From contig OY968762.1 in assembly GCA_963695225.1 (NCBI GenBank), positions 2,784,001 to 2,848,000 of the forward strand: 64,000 bases of DNA, in the 5' to 3' direction. A program made the position numbers and the translations under genes. Shown here in pieces: positions 19,408 to 31,266 of this stretch. The notes beneath the pieces are model-generated. The model did not search any database. It saw nothing but the letters and a program-made list of their open reading frames with translations, and was not told the origin of the DNA. The stretch comes from Vulcanimicrobiota bacterium (GTDB lineage: Bacteria > Vulcanimicrobiota > Vulcanimicrobiia > Vulcanimicrobiales > Vulcanimicrobiaceae). Positions within the stretch are counted from its first letter, which is position 1. Each line of letters opens with the position of its first letter.

Positions 19408-20688
19408 ATGCGCGATTTCGTCCTGCCGCCGCCGACCGCGCCGTTCCTCCCCGGCGATCTCGTCGCGCCCGATCTCGCGGTTGCCCGATTCTTGCAGCGC
19501 ACCGCGCTCGCGGCTCCGCGCCGCGAAACGGTTCCGCTCGAGGATGCGCTCGGCCGCATCCTCGCTGAGCCCGCGCTCGCGCGCGAACCGATACCGCAAC
19601 ATGCCCGTTCGACGATGGACGGTTTCGCCGTCGCGAGCGAAGCGGGCGCGCAACCGCGCCGCGTCGTGGGCGAGATCCTGATGGGGCAAGCGCCGCCGCG
19701 CGCGATCGGCCCCGGCGAAGCGCTGCGCATTCCGACCGGCGGCGTGCTCCCCGAGGGCGCGGATGCCGTCGTCCCGTTGGAGGACGTCGAGGAATCCGGC
19801 GGCACGATTCGCCTGCGTGAAGCTCCCCCCGCCTTCGATTGCGTCACGCGGCCCGGCGCGGACGCCGCGCTGGGCGAAGAGGTGCTCCCGCCGGGGCGCC
19901 GGCTCGGCTCCGCCGAGATCGGCGCGCTCGCGACGCTCGGCGTCTCGCCCGTCCCGGTGTTCGTCCGGCCGCGCTTTGCGATCGTCTCGACCGGTGACGA
20001 GCTCGTCGATCCTTCGGCCCCGCTCGGTATCGGGCAAGTCCGCGATTCGAACCGCTTCGCGATCGCCGCCTCGCTGCGCGCGCTCGGCGCCGAAGCCGTC
20101 CATCTGCCGCGTTGCGCCGACACGCCCGAAGGCCTGCGCGCGGCGCTCGAGCGCGCGCTCGCCGAGCACGACGGAGTCGTTCTGAGCGGCGGCTCTTCCG
20201 TTGGCGCTCGCGACCTCGTTCCACGCGTCGTCGCCGGGCTCGGCACGCCGGGCGTCATCGTCCACGGTTTACGCGTGAAACCCGGCAAACCGACGATGCT
20301 CGGCGCGATCGGCGGAAAGCCCGTGATCGGGCTCTCGGGAAACCCCACCTCCGCGCTGCTGATCCTGGAAACGGTCGTGCGCCCGATCCTGGCCGCGTAT
20401 CTCGGCGCCTCCGAAGACGGGCCCGCGACGCTCGCGGCGGAGGCCGGCGCGCCGTTCGAGGGGCGCGCGGGGTGGACGCACTTCATCCCCGCCGCCGTCC
20501 ACCGCCGCGCCGGCCGGCTCGTCGCTTCCCCGCTGCGGATGCGCGCCGCGCTTGCGCTGCTGCTCGCGCGCTCGAGCGGATACGTCGTCGTCGGGCCGGA
20601 TCCGGGCCGGATCGAAGCAGGCGCGCCGGTGACGGTCGTCGCCTACGCGGGGAGCGGAATCCCGGTCCGCCCGGAGCCGAGCGCGTGA
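19408..20688 (+). CDS. moeA: Molybdopterin molybdotransferase MoeA
   Basis: STMDGFAV, IPTGG.LPEGADAVV, STGDEL, DSNR, SGGSSVG..D, KPGKP, LSGNP. Confidence 0.93.
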   Translation: MRDFVLPPPTAPFLPGDLVAPDLAVARFLQRTALAAPRRETVPLEDALGRILAEPALAREPIPQHARSTMDGFAVASEAGAQPRRVVGEILMGQAPPRAIGPGEALRIPTGGVLPEGADAVVPLEDVEESGGTIRLREAPPAFDCVTRPGADAALGEEVLPPGRRLGSAEIGALATLGVSPVPVFVRPRFAIVSTGDELVDPSAPLGIGQVRDSNRFAIAASLRALGAEAVHLPRCADTPEGLRAALERALAEHDGVVLSGGSSVGARDLVPRVVAGLGTPGVIVHGLRVKPGKPTMLGAIGGKPVIGLSGNPTSALLILETVVRPILAAYLGASEDGPATLAAEAGAPFEGRAGWTHFIPAAVHRRAGRLVASPLRMRAALALLLARSSGYVVVGPDPGRIEAGAPVTVVAYAGSGIPVRPEPSA

Positions 20689-21791
20689 GGCCGAAGCCCG
20701 CCCGCGTCGTCGCCGCCGTTCCGCCGTCGCGGCCGTTCGTCGCGCCGGAAGAGCTGGCGCGCCGCGTCGGGCGGCGCGAACTGATTCGCTTGGGCGCGAA
20801 CGAGAGCGCGTTCGGGCCGCCGCCGGCCGCGCTCGCGGCGATGCGCGCCGAGGCCGAACGGGCCTCGTGGTACGGCGATCCGGAATCGGCGGAACTGCGC
20901 AGCGCGCTCGCGTCGCGGCACGGCATCGACGTCGACGAAATCGTCGTCGCCTCGGGGATCGACGAACTGCTCGGCCTCGTCGTGCGCGCCTACCTCGGAG
21001 ACGGCGAAGTCGCCGCCGCAACGCACGGCACTTATCCGACGTTCGGTTACCACGTCGTCGGATTCGGCTCGGGCCTCGCAACGGTACCGTACCGCGCCGA
21101 CGGGCGCGTCGATCTCGCGGCGCTCGCGCAGCTGGCCGGTCGCGAGCACGCGCGGATCGTCTACCTCGCGAATCCGGACAACCCCAGCGGCACGTTTGCC
21201 GCGGCTGCGGAGGTCGAAGCGTTTCTTGCCGCGCTCGGTCCGGAGGTTCTCGTCGTGCTCGACGAAGCGTATGCGGATTTCGTCGCCGCCGCCGATCTCG
21301 CGTGCACGAACGGGGATCCGCGCGTCGTGCGCATGCGGACGTTTTCGAAGGCGTACGGGCTCGCGGGGGCGCGCATCGGTTACGCGATCGCCGCGCGCGA
21401 TACGATCGCGATGCTCGGGAAGATTCGCCTGCAGTACGGCGTGAACCGGAGCGCGCAAGCCGGCGCGCTCGCTGCGCTCGGCGCGGCGCCGTTCGTTGCC
21501 CGCGTCGTCGCGGAAGTCACGCGCGGGCGCGCCGAATACGCGGCGCTCGGCGAACGGCTCGGCGTGCGCACGTTGCCCTCCGCGACGAACTTCGTCTGCT
21601 TCGATCTCGGCTCGCGCGCGCGGGCCGAGGCGCTGGTCGAAGCGCTGTTGCAGAACGGAATCTTCATTCGCAAGCCGGGTGCGCCGCCGCTCGACGGCTT
21701 CATCCGCGTGACGGTCGGCGCTCCGGCAGAGCGCGCGGCGTTCGCCGATGCGTTCGGCGCCCTGCTCGCCTCCCACCCGCCGGTGCGATGA
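20685..21791 (+). CDS. Histidinol-phosphate aminotransferase-like PLP enzyme
   Basis: LGANES, YLANPDNPSG, LDEAY, RTFSKAYGLAGARIGY; GTG overlaps the moeA stop. Confidence 0.88.
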   Translation: MRPKPARVVAAVPPSRPFVAPEELARRVGRRELIRLGANESAFGPPPAALAAMRAEAERASWYGDPESAELRSALASRHGIDVDEIVVASGIDELLGLVVRAYLGDGEVAAATHGTYPTFGYHVVGFGSGLATVPYRADGRVDLAALAQLAGREHARIVYLANPDNPSGTFAAAAEVEAFLAALGPEVLVVLDEAYADFVAAADLACTNGDPRVVRMRTFSKAYGLAGARIGYAIAARDTIAMLGKIRLQYGVNRSAQAGALAALGAAPFVARVVAEVTRGRAEYAALGERLGVRTLPSATNFVCFDLGSRARAEALVEALLQNGIFIRKPGAPPLDGFIRVTVGAPAERAAFADAFGALLASHPPVR

Positions 21792-22513
21792 GCGTCTCCA
21801 TCCTCTCGGATATCCATGGGAACGCCGAAGCGCTCGCCGCGGTGTTGGCGGAGGTCGCGCCCGGCAATGAGGTCTGGTGTCTCGGCGACATCGTCGGGTA
21901 CGGGCCGAATCCGAACGAATGCGTCGCCGCGATCGCCGCGCGCGCGCGGCTGTGCATCCTCGGCAATCACGAAGTCGCCGCGCTCGACGGCGTCGGCTTG
22001 GAGTACTTCAACGATTTCGCCGCCGAAGCGATCGAGTGGACGCAGGGCGTGTTGCGCTCGGAGCATCGCGCCTATTTGAACGGCCTCGGCTACGAGATTC
22101 GAGCCGACGACTTCTTGCTCGTGCACGGCGCTCCCGTGACGTACTTCGAGTACATCCTCGGCATCGACGATGCCGCGCACGCGTTCGCGGCGACCGACGC
22201 GCGCTTGATCTTCGTCGGGCATTCGCACGTCGCCGAAGCATACGCGCTCGAACGCGACGGCGGTATCGTGCACCGGCATTACCAGCGCGGGGGCACGCTC
22301 GCGCTCGAACCGGGGCTGCGCTACGTGATCAACGTCGGGAGCGTCGGTCAGCCGCGCGATTTGAATCCGGAGGCCTGCTTCGTGACGTTCGACCGCGCCG
22401 CCGGGACGCTCGTCTGGCGGCGCGTCCCCTACGACGTCGCCGCGGTCCGCGCAAAGATCGCTGCGGCGCACTTGCCCGATCCGCTCGGAAGCCGTTTGCT
22501 TTCCGGACGCTGA
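21788..22513 (+). CDS. Calcineurin-like metallophosphoesterase
   Basis: SDIHGN, LGDIVGYGP, GNHE, VHG, GHSH, NVGSVGQPRD. Confidence 0.92.
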   Translation: MSVSILSDIHGNAEALAAVLAEVAPGNEVWCLGDIVGYGPNPNECVAAIAARARLCILGNHEVAALDGVGLEYFNDFAAEAIEWTQGVLRSEHRAYLNGLGYEIRADDFLLVHGAPVTYFEYILGIDDAAHAFAATDARLIFVGHSHVAEAYALERDGGIVHRHYQRGGTLALEPGLRYVINVGSVGQPRDLNPEACFVTFDRAAGTLVWRRVPYDVAAVRAKIAAAHLPDPLGSRLLSGR

Positions 22514-22741
22514 GGCGCACCTAGGCTCGCGGACGAATCCTGCCGAAAGAAGAAAGTGAGTCCGCCACACCACCGAGGGCGATGTCACGAGCCCGCGCCG
22601 GCACGCATGGCTTGCGAATTGCCTTGTCGATATTCGGGAACCGAGGTTCCGTAGCTTGGACGAGCGACTCAGTAGAACCGGGCCTCGCACCGTCTTCCCG
22701 GAGCGCAGGCCGCTCCGGCGGCCCGCTCGGGACGCGATGCG

Positions 22742-24529
22742 GTGAAACGCGCCGCGGCCGCCGCGAGAAGGTCCGGCGGCCGGCCGCTCGCGCGGCGAGC
22801 CTTCTCGAAAGACGACGTGCTCCGCGCAGTCGATGCCGCCGTCCCGGCGATCATCTATACACGCACGGCGCGCGGGGATGGGTGGCACTACGCGTTCGTC
22901 GGCGGCCGGGGCGCGGAGTTGCTCGGGTTCTCCGGCGTGGGGCCTAACGCCGGCGCCGTGATCGATCCGGACGTCGTGTTCGAAGCCGACCGCGAACGTG
23001 TCGTCGCGTCGTACGCGGACGCGGTCTCCGCGGGGCGGGGGAGTTGGTCCGAGGAGTTCCGCGTCAAGGCGAAGGGCGGCGTGCGTTGGCTGCGTGCGGC
23101 CGTCGAGATCCGCGGCGAAGAGGGCCGCGAGGCGAGCTCTCTCGGCGTCTTGCTGGACGTGACCGAGGAGAAGCGCGCCGCCGAACGGCTCGCGCTCGTC
23201 CACGAGCGCGATGCCCTGACCGCGCTCTACAACCGGGATTACTTCGAACGGGCCGTGGCCCTTGCCGTCGAGCGCTACGCCGCGGAGAAGCGCCTGTTCG
23301 TCGTCGTGATCTTCGCGATCGACGATTTCTACGAAATCAACGACGCGCACGGCGTCGACGCGGGCGATCGCTTGCTGAAGCTCGTCTCCGGCGCGGCACT
23401 CGAAGCGGTTCGCGGCGACGACATCGTGGCGCGCCTCGGAGACCGGAAGTTCGGCATCCTGGCCGAGGTTAAGGAAGTCGATGAAGCGCACGCGTTCGGC
23501 CTGCGCATCCTCAACGAGATCGGCCGGCGCTACCGCGTGGGAACGAGCGAGATCGAGATCTCGCTGAGCGTAGGCTGCGCCCTTCCGACGCGTTTCGGCG
23601 CGAGAGCGACCGATCTGATGCACGATGCCGGGAGCGCGCTCGAGCGCGCCCGCTCCGAAGGCGGAGCCAAGTGCCGCCTCTACGCCGAGGAGATGACGGT
23701 CGAAAGCGTGATGCGCGTGACGCTGAAGGAAGGGCTTCGGGACGCGCTCGAGCGGAGTCAGTTCTCGCTCGTCTACCAGCCGAAGATCGATCTCGGCACG
23801 GGCCGCACGATCGGGTGCGAAGCGCTGTTGCGCTGGCGCGATCCGGTCCTCGGAGAACAGTCTCCGTCCGACTTCATCCCGATCGCGGAACGGTCCGGCC
23901 TCATCGTCCCGATCGGGGATTGGGTCTTCCGCGAAGCGTGCCGCCAATCGGTTGCGTGGACGCAGTCGGGCATGGATCTCATCCCGATCTCCGTGAACGT
24001 ATCGCCCGTGCAATTCGCTCGCTCGGACGTGCACAAATCGATCGCCGACGCGATGGCCGAGACGGGCGCGCCGCCCGGCTCCATCGACGTGGAGATCACC
24101 GAGAGCCTGCTCGTCGATTGTTCCGAGGCGTTGATCGGCGTGCTCGAGAGCATTCGCAGGCTCGGCTCGCAGATCTCGCTCGACGATTTCGGGACGGGGT
24201 TCTCGTCGATCAACTATCTCAAGCAGTTGCCGCTCTCGCTGCTCAAGATCGATCAGAGCTTCGCGCGCGGCGCGCCGAACTCGGCGATCGACGCGGCGAT
24301 CGTCCGCTCGATCGTCTACTTGGCGAACGAGCTCGGGCTGCGCGTGATCGCCGAAGGCGCCGAAACGGCCGAACAGGTCGGCTACCTGCGCAACGTCGGG
24401 TGCCATGAGATCCAGGGGTACTATTTCAGCCGTCCGCTCCCGCCCGCGAAGTTCGCGGCGTTCGTCGCGGCGAGCGAGCCCCCGAGAGTCCGCGGGCTGC
24501 GCCTCTCGCCGCGTTCGCATCCCTCCTGA
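22742..24529 (+). CDS. PAS-GGDEF(degenerate)-EAL c-di-GMP phosphodiesterase; start approximate
   Basis: PAS/PAC-like segment, DALTALYNR, ARLGDRKF in place of GGDEF, and YQP, EAL, DDFGTGFSS, KIDQSF, AEG.E, QGY. Confidence 0.9.
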   Translation: MKRAAAAARRSGGRPLARRAFSKDDVLRAVDAAVPAIIYTRTARGDGWHYAFVGGRGAELLGFSGVGPNAGAVIDPDVVFEADRERVVASYADAVSAGRGSWSEEFRVKAKGGVRWLRAAVEIRGEEGREASSLGVLLDVTEEKRAAERLALVHERDALTALYNRDYFERAVALAVERYAAEKRLFVVVIFAIDDFYEINDAHGVDAGDRLLKLVSGAALEAVRGDDIVARLGDRKFGILAEVKEVDEAHAFGLRILNEIGRRYRVGTSEIEISLSVGCALPTRFGARATDLMHDAGSALERARSEGGAKCRLYAEEMTVESVMRVTLKEGLRDALERSQFSLVYQPKIDLGTGRTIGCEALLRWRDPVLGEQSPSDFIPIAERSGLIVPIGDWVFREACRQSVAWTQSGMDLIPISVNVSPVQFARSDVHKSIADAMAETGAPPGSIDVEITESLLVDCSEALIGVLESIRRLGSQISLDDFGTGFSSINYLKQLPLSLLKIDQSFARGAPNSAIDAAIVRSIVYLANELGLRVIAEGAETAEQVGYLRNVGCHEIQGYYFSRPLPPAKFAAFVAASEPPRVRGLRLSPRSHPS

Positions 24530-24581
24530 CGGCGCGGCGCAACGGAGTTGCGTCCGTAGCGCCGAAGGGGTTGGGCCGATC

Positions 24582-25535
24582 ATGTGGACCTTCGCGCTGG
24601 GAAGCCTCACGCTCTCCGTCGCGCTTGCCGTCGCCTCCGGATCGAGCGTCGCCGCGGTAGCTGCGGCGCCGGCCTCCGGAAACGCCGTACGCGAGACGAA
24701 CGACTATGCGAACCGGGCGTTCTCGCAACCGCTCGCGGCCGGGCTGCGGCATTTCTACTCCCGAGATTTCAAAGCGGCGCAAGGAGATTTCGAGCGAGCG
24801 CTCGCGGTGGTCCCCGATAATGCGTTCGCGCTCTCGTTCCTCGGGGCCGCCGCCGCCCAGCAACCCGGCGCGCTCGACACGCTTGCGAACGTCGCGGAAG
24901 ACGCCGCAGCCGGGGCGCCCAAGAATTACGTCAACCGCCTGCGCTTGGGATTCACCTACGTGATCGCCTCGCTCGCCGGGCGCGACCGCTCGCAAGACGC
25001 GCGCGACGAGTTCAACGCCGCGCTCGCTCTCGCCCCGAACCGCCCCGCCGCGCACGTGGGGCTGGGCATCCTGCGCTTCTTGGAGCGCTCCGCGAATCGC
25101 GCGAAGGCCGAGTTCCTGGCCGCGCTCGCGCTCGATCCGGCCGACGTCCTCGCGCGCGAATACCTCGCGCTCCTGTATCAAAGCGACCTCCGCGACCCGC
25201 AGCGCGGGCTGACGTATGCGATCGACGTTCCCAACCTCGTGCCGGACTACGCCGATATCCGGTTCCACATCGGCTCCCTCTTGTACGATCTCGGGCAGCC
25301 TCAGGCGGCGCTCGAACAGCTCGAGGCGGCGCTCGCGCTCGATCCCGGCAACGTCGGCGAAGCGCAGCACGCCTACGCGCTGATCGCGCGCATCGAGCTG
25401 GGGCAACGCGACCTCGCAGGCGCGAAGAAGACGCTCCAGCGCTCGCTCGCGGCGAACGTCGATACGATCATCGCGAAGCACCTGCTCGAGAAGATCGAAC
25501 GCGGCGACTACGCGCCGCCGAAGGCGAAATCGTGA
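24582..25535 (+). CDS. Secreted tetratricopeptide-repeat protein
   Basis: Signal peptide and repeated A...F..ALALDP TPR motifs. Confidence 0.8.
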   Translation: MWTFALGSLTLSVALAVASGSSVAAVAAAPASGNAVRETNDYANRAFSQPLAAGLRHFYSRDFKAAQGDFERALAVVPDNAFALSFLGAAAAQQPGALDTLANVAEDAAAGAPKNYVNRLRLGFTYVIASLAGRDRSQDARDEFNAALALAPNRPAAHVGLGILRFLERSANRAKAEFLAALALDPADVLAREYLALLYQSDLRDPQRGLTYAIDVPNLVPDYADIRFHIGSLLYDLGQPQAALEQLEAALALDPGNVGEAQHAYALIARIELGQRDLAGAKKTLQRSLAANVDTIIAKHLLEKIERGDYAPPKAKS

Positions 25536-25990
25536 ACGCGCGTCCGGCGGCGGAAGACGGGGTCGTCGACGACGGGCGCTGCTTCGCGTGCGGCCCGCTC
25601 AACCCCACGGGGCTCGGGCTGCGCTTCGCGCCCGCCGACGGCGGCGTCGAGAGCGCGGCGCTCATCCCGGCGCCGTACCAGGGGTGGCGCGGCATCGTCC
25701 ACGGCGGGATCGTGATGACGATGCTCGACGAAGGCATGGCGCACGCGGCGGGCGCCGCCGGGTATCGCGGCGTGACGGCCGAACTGACGGCGCGCTTTCG
25801 CGCGCCGGTCCCGATCGGCGAGCCGCTGCGCGTCACCGGCCGCATCGCGTGGCGGCGAGGGCGGGTCTTCGGGCTGGAAGCGAGCGTCCTCGCGGCGGAC
25901 GGGTCGGTCCTCGCGGAGGGGACGGGCAAGTTCGTCGAGCGCGGGCGCCTCGCGCCGGACGAGCGGCTGGGAGAACCGGATGGCCGGTAA
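25532..25990 (+). CDS. PaaI family thioesterase
   Basis: CFACGP.NP.GL.L.F, GIVHGG....LDE. Confidence 0.9.
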   Translation: MNARPAAEDGVVDDGRCFACGPLNPTGLGLRFAPADGGVESAALIPAPYQGWRGIVHGGIVMTMLDEGMAHAAGAAGYRGVTAELTARFRAPVPIGEPLRVTGRIAWRRGRVFGLEASVLAADGSVLAEGTGKFVERGRLAPDERLGEPDGR

Positions 25991-26480
25991 AGCGCCCGTC
26001 AAGCCGAAGGGCGGCGACGCCGCCGAGAAGCCGCGCGCGCCCGAACCCTCCGTCGATAACCGCCGGGCCCGCTTCGAGTTCGAATTCCTCGAGCGCATCG
26101 AAGCCGGGCTCGCACTGACGGGGACGGAGATCAAGAGCATCCGGGCCGGGCAGATCAGCTTGAACGAAGCGTACGCTCGCGTGCGGGACGGGGAGCTCTG
26201 GCTGCTCGGCATGCACGTCCCGCCGTACAAAGAGGGGAGCTTTTCCAACCACGAGCCGCGCCGCCCGCGCAAGCTCTTGCTGCACCGCATCGAGATCGAC
26301 CGGCTCGCGGGGCGGATGGCGGAGAAGGGCCTCACGCTGATCCCGACGCGCCTGTATTTCAAGCGCGGGAAGGTGAAGATCGATCTCGCGCTCGCCCGCG
26401 GCAAGAAGCTCTGGGACAAACGCCGCGACATCAAGGAGCGCGAGACCAAGCGCGAGCTCTCCCGCCTCGTTCGCCGATGA
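25980..26480 (+). CDS. smpB: SsrA-binding protein
   Basis: NRRARFEF...EAGLALTGTEIKSIR, RKLLLH, RGKKLWDKR. Confidence 0.97.
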   Translation: MAGKAPVKPKGGDAAEKPRAPEPSVDNRRARFEFEFLERIEAGLALTGTEIKSIRAGQISLNEAYARVRDGELWLLGMHVPPYKEGSFSNHEPRRPRKLLLHRIEIDRLAGRMAEKGLTLIPTRLYFKRGKVKIDLALARGKKLWDKRRDIKERETKRELSRLVRR

Positions 26481-27370
26481 GGGGCTCGCGGCCGCACCGG
26501 CGGCTGGAAGAGATCGTGGCGCGCGAAATCGCGCCGGCCGAAGGCGAGACGATCCTCGCGGCGGTCTCCGGCGGCCCGGACAGCGTCGCGCTCGCGGCGC
26601 TGCTGCGCACGGTCTGCTCGCGCGCAGGCGCATCCCTGGTGCTGGGGCACGTCAACCACGGCACGCGGCCGGGAGCCTGGCAGGATGAAGCGGTCGTCCT
26701 CGCGCTCGGCGCCGCGCTCGAGCTCCCCGTTCGCTGCGCGAGCCTCGCCCCGGACGCGAAGGCAGGGGAGGCGGAGCTGCGCGAGGGCCGCTACCGCGCG
26801 CTCGAAGCGCTCGCGCTCGGCGCCGGCGCGGCCCGGATCGCGACCGCGCACCACGCGCAGGATCAGACGGAGACCGTCCTCCTCGCGCTGTTCCGCGGAA
26901 CGGGGCCCGCCGGGCTCGCCGGGATGCGTCCGGCGCGGCCGCTCGGTGCGGGGCTTTCGCTCGTGCGCCCCCTGCTCGAGGTCGAGCGCGCCTCGCTTTC
27001 CGCGCTCTGCGCGGCGGAGCACCTGCCGTACGTCCTCGACCCCACGAATGCGGACCGGCGCTACGCGCGAAACGCGCTGCGCAGCGCCCTCGCCGAGCTG
27101 CGCCCGCGCTTCCCGCACTTGGATGCCGCGGTCGCCCGCTGCGCCCGCATCCTGCGCGACGAGCTCGAAGGGACGGGGAGAGCGGCGTTGCGCGCGCGGC
27201 TCCGCGAAGAGCTCGCGGCGGGCCCCGGCCTGCGCGACGTGCCGTTCGAGCGCCTCGAAGCCGCCGCGCTGGCGCTCGAGCGGGGGCGAGCGGGGCGCCA
27301 TTTCATCAAGCGCGGCGTCGTCATCGATTTGGCGGCACGGGGACGGACGGAGTCGAAAACGAAAGCATGA
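26477..27370 (+). CDS. tilS: tRNA(Ile)-lysidine synthetase (short form)
   Basis: AVSGGPDS, HVNHG.R, TAHHAQDQTET, RPLL, DPTN, RN.LR; upstream of hpt-ftsH. Confidence 0.92.
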   Translation: MRGSRPHRRLEEIVAREIAPAEGETILAAVSGGPDSVALAALLRTVCSRAGASLVLGHVNHGTRPGAWQDEAVVLALGAALELPVRCASLAPDAKAGEAELREGRYRALEALALGAGAARIATAHHAQDQTETVLLALFRGTGPAGLAGMRPARPLGAGLSLVRPLLEVERASLSALCAAEHLPYVLDPTNADRRYARNALRSALAELRPRFPHLDAAVARCARILRDELEGTGRAALRARLREELAAGPGLRDVPFERLEAAALALERGRAGRHFIKRGVVIDLAARGRTESKTKA

Positions 27371-27936
27371 GCCCTTCACTCGTCACCCCGCCCGCCGTCG
27401 AGGCGATCGTCTTTTCGGAGGAAGAACTCGCGGCGACGGTGCGCCGGCTCGCGAACGAAATCGTCCGCGACAAGCCGGGGGCATCCATCCATCTGATCGG
27501 CGTGTTGAAGGGGGCATTGTTCTTTACTGCGGACCTGGCTCGAGCCTTATCGCCCCTGATCGACGTGCGCATCGACACGATCGCGGTTTCCAGCTACGGA
27601 AATTCGCATCGCTCGAGCGGCGAAGTGCGTTTACTTAAAGACACTACGGAAAGTGTCGAAGGCAAGGATGTGGTCATCGTGGAGGACATCGTCGACAACG
27701 GTCTGACCCTGGACTACCTCCTCGGCTTGCTCCGGAGCCGGAAACCGGCGAGCCTGCGGACCTGCGTGTTGCTAAACAAGCCGTTCCGTCGTCAAATCAC
27801 CGTGCCGCTCGACTACGTAGGCCTAACATGTCCGGACACGTTTGTCGTAGGGTACGGTTTGGACTACCAAGAAAAATACCGGAATCTTCCGTACGTCGCG
27901 AAGCTCGCCCCGGGCGCCTTCGAGGCTGCGGGATAG
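27367..27936 (+). CDS. hpt: Hypoxanthine phosphoribosyltransferase
   Basis: [31 protein letters not shown]...YRNLP. Confidence 0.96.
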   Translation: MSPSLVTPPAVEAIVFSEEELAATVRRLANEIVRDKPGASIHLIGVLKGALFFTADLARALSPLIDVRIDTIAVSSYGNSHRSSGEVRLLKDTTESVEGKDVVIVEDIVDNGLTLDYLLGLLRSRKPASLRTCVLLNKPFRRQITVPLDYVGLTCPDTFVVGYGLDYQEKYRNLPYVAKLAPGAFEAAG

Positions 27937-27949
27937 GGGAAAGCACCAC

Positions 27950-29868
<1,919 letters not shown>

Positions 29869-29869
<1 letters not shown>

Positions 29870-31266
29870 TGCGAGAGTTCGGCCGCGTCGCCGCGACGGC
29901 GAGCGCGGCCGCGCTCGCCCTCTCCGTTACCCTCGCTGCTCCGTCCCCGGCCGCTGCGGCCGCCGCGACCGGCGGCGCCGCCGCGGCGCCTCCCACGTCG
30001 GCGGCCGTCGCCGCTGCCGCCGGCCCGCAGATCATCGTCCGCACGGTAGCGGGTGCCCCCGTCGCGGCGCTCGAGCTCTGGTTTCGGGCGCCCTCCGCGG
30101 GCTTTGAAGAGCAGCTTTCGCCGGGCGTCGCCCGGCTCGCGGCCCAAGTCGTGTCGGCCTCGAAGCCGGTCGTCGGCGATTCTCTCGACCGCATCGTAGG
30201 CGACGTCGGCGGGCGCTTGACGATCTCGGCATTCAGCGACGCCGTCGCGGTCACCGCGATCGTCCCGGCGAGCGGAGCCCGCAAGGTCCTCGGCGCGATG
30301 ACCCGCGCCTATTTCGCCCCCGTCCTCAGCGAGAGCGGCTACCGCGACGCCGCGCGCGCCGTGGCGATCGAGGCCGCGATCGAATCGTACAACCCCGAAG
30401 TCGTCGGGCGCGACGCCGTCTTCGCGGCGCTCTTCACGAGCGGGCCGGCGCTGTACCCGCCGGGCGGCGATCCCCGGGATATCGCCCAGATCCCGTTCGA
30501 TGCGGTCCGGACGTTTGCGAAACGGGCTTTCCGGGCCCAAAACGCGCTCGTGGTCGCGACGGGGAGCGTCACGCCGGATCTCGCGAGCGCGGTCGTCGCC
30601 GGACGGCCTGCGACGGACGCCGCCCTGGCGGCGATCGAGCCGCCCGTCCCCTCGGTGCTCGCCGCCCAACCCGGGACCTCGACGCGCAAGCTCGACGATA
30701 CCGGCGGCGCCCTCGGGTGGGTCGGCCCCCCGATCTTGGACGAACGGTCGGCGACGGCGCTCGACTTCATCGCAGATTACCTGTTCCGGCCCGGCAGCGG
30801 GCTCGTCGCCGCGGCGCTCGAGGAGCGCGAGCCCACGGCCGCCGTCACCGGCCAATTCATCACACGTCGCGACCCCGGCATCTTCTTGGTCACGTACACG
30901 AGCAAGGACAGCCCGGCGCTGCGCGCGACAATCGAACGGGCGCTCGCGGACATGCAGAAGCCGCTCGACGCGGCGACGTTCGCGCGCGTGCTCGACGCGT
31001 TCTCGGCGCGCATCGCCACCGACGTTCAGACGCCGGTCGAAGTGAGCGACAACCTCGGCTGGTATACGGTCGAGGGAAATGCGAAATACGCGCCCATTCC
31101 GGGCCTGGCGCCCTCCGCCGGGTATTTCGCGGTCGCGGCCTCGCTGACGCCCGCGTTCGTCGCCGAGACGGCGCGCAAGTATCTCGGGCGGCCATACGCC
31201 GGCGTGACGTTCGCGCCGGAACAGAAACCGGCGCCGAAGGCGACGAAGACGACGAGAGCTTCATGA
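29869..31266 (+). CDS. Secreted M16 (insulinase) family protein lacking HXXEH
   Basis: Signal peptide; PVAALELWFRA...PGVARLAAQ at the position of G.AH..EH; C-terminal LTPAFVAETARKYL. Confidence 0.7.

Noticed and set aside
26477..27370. TilS lacking C-terminal domains
   Set aside because: Short TilS forms are known; catalytic motifs and operon coupling are intact.
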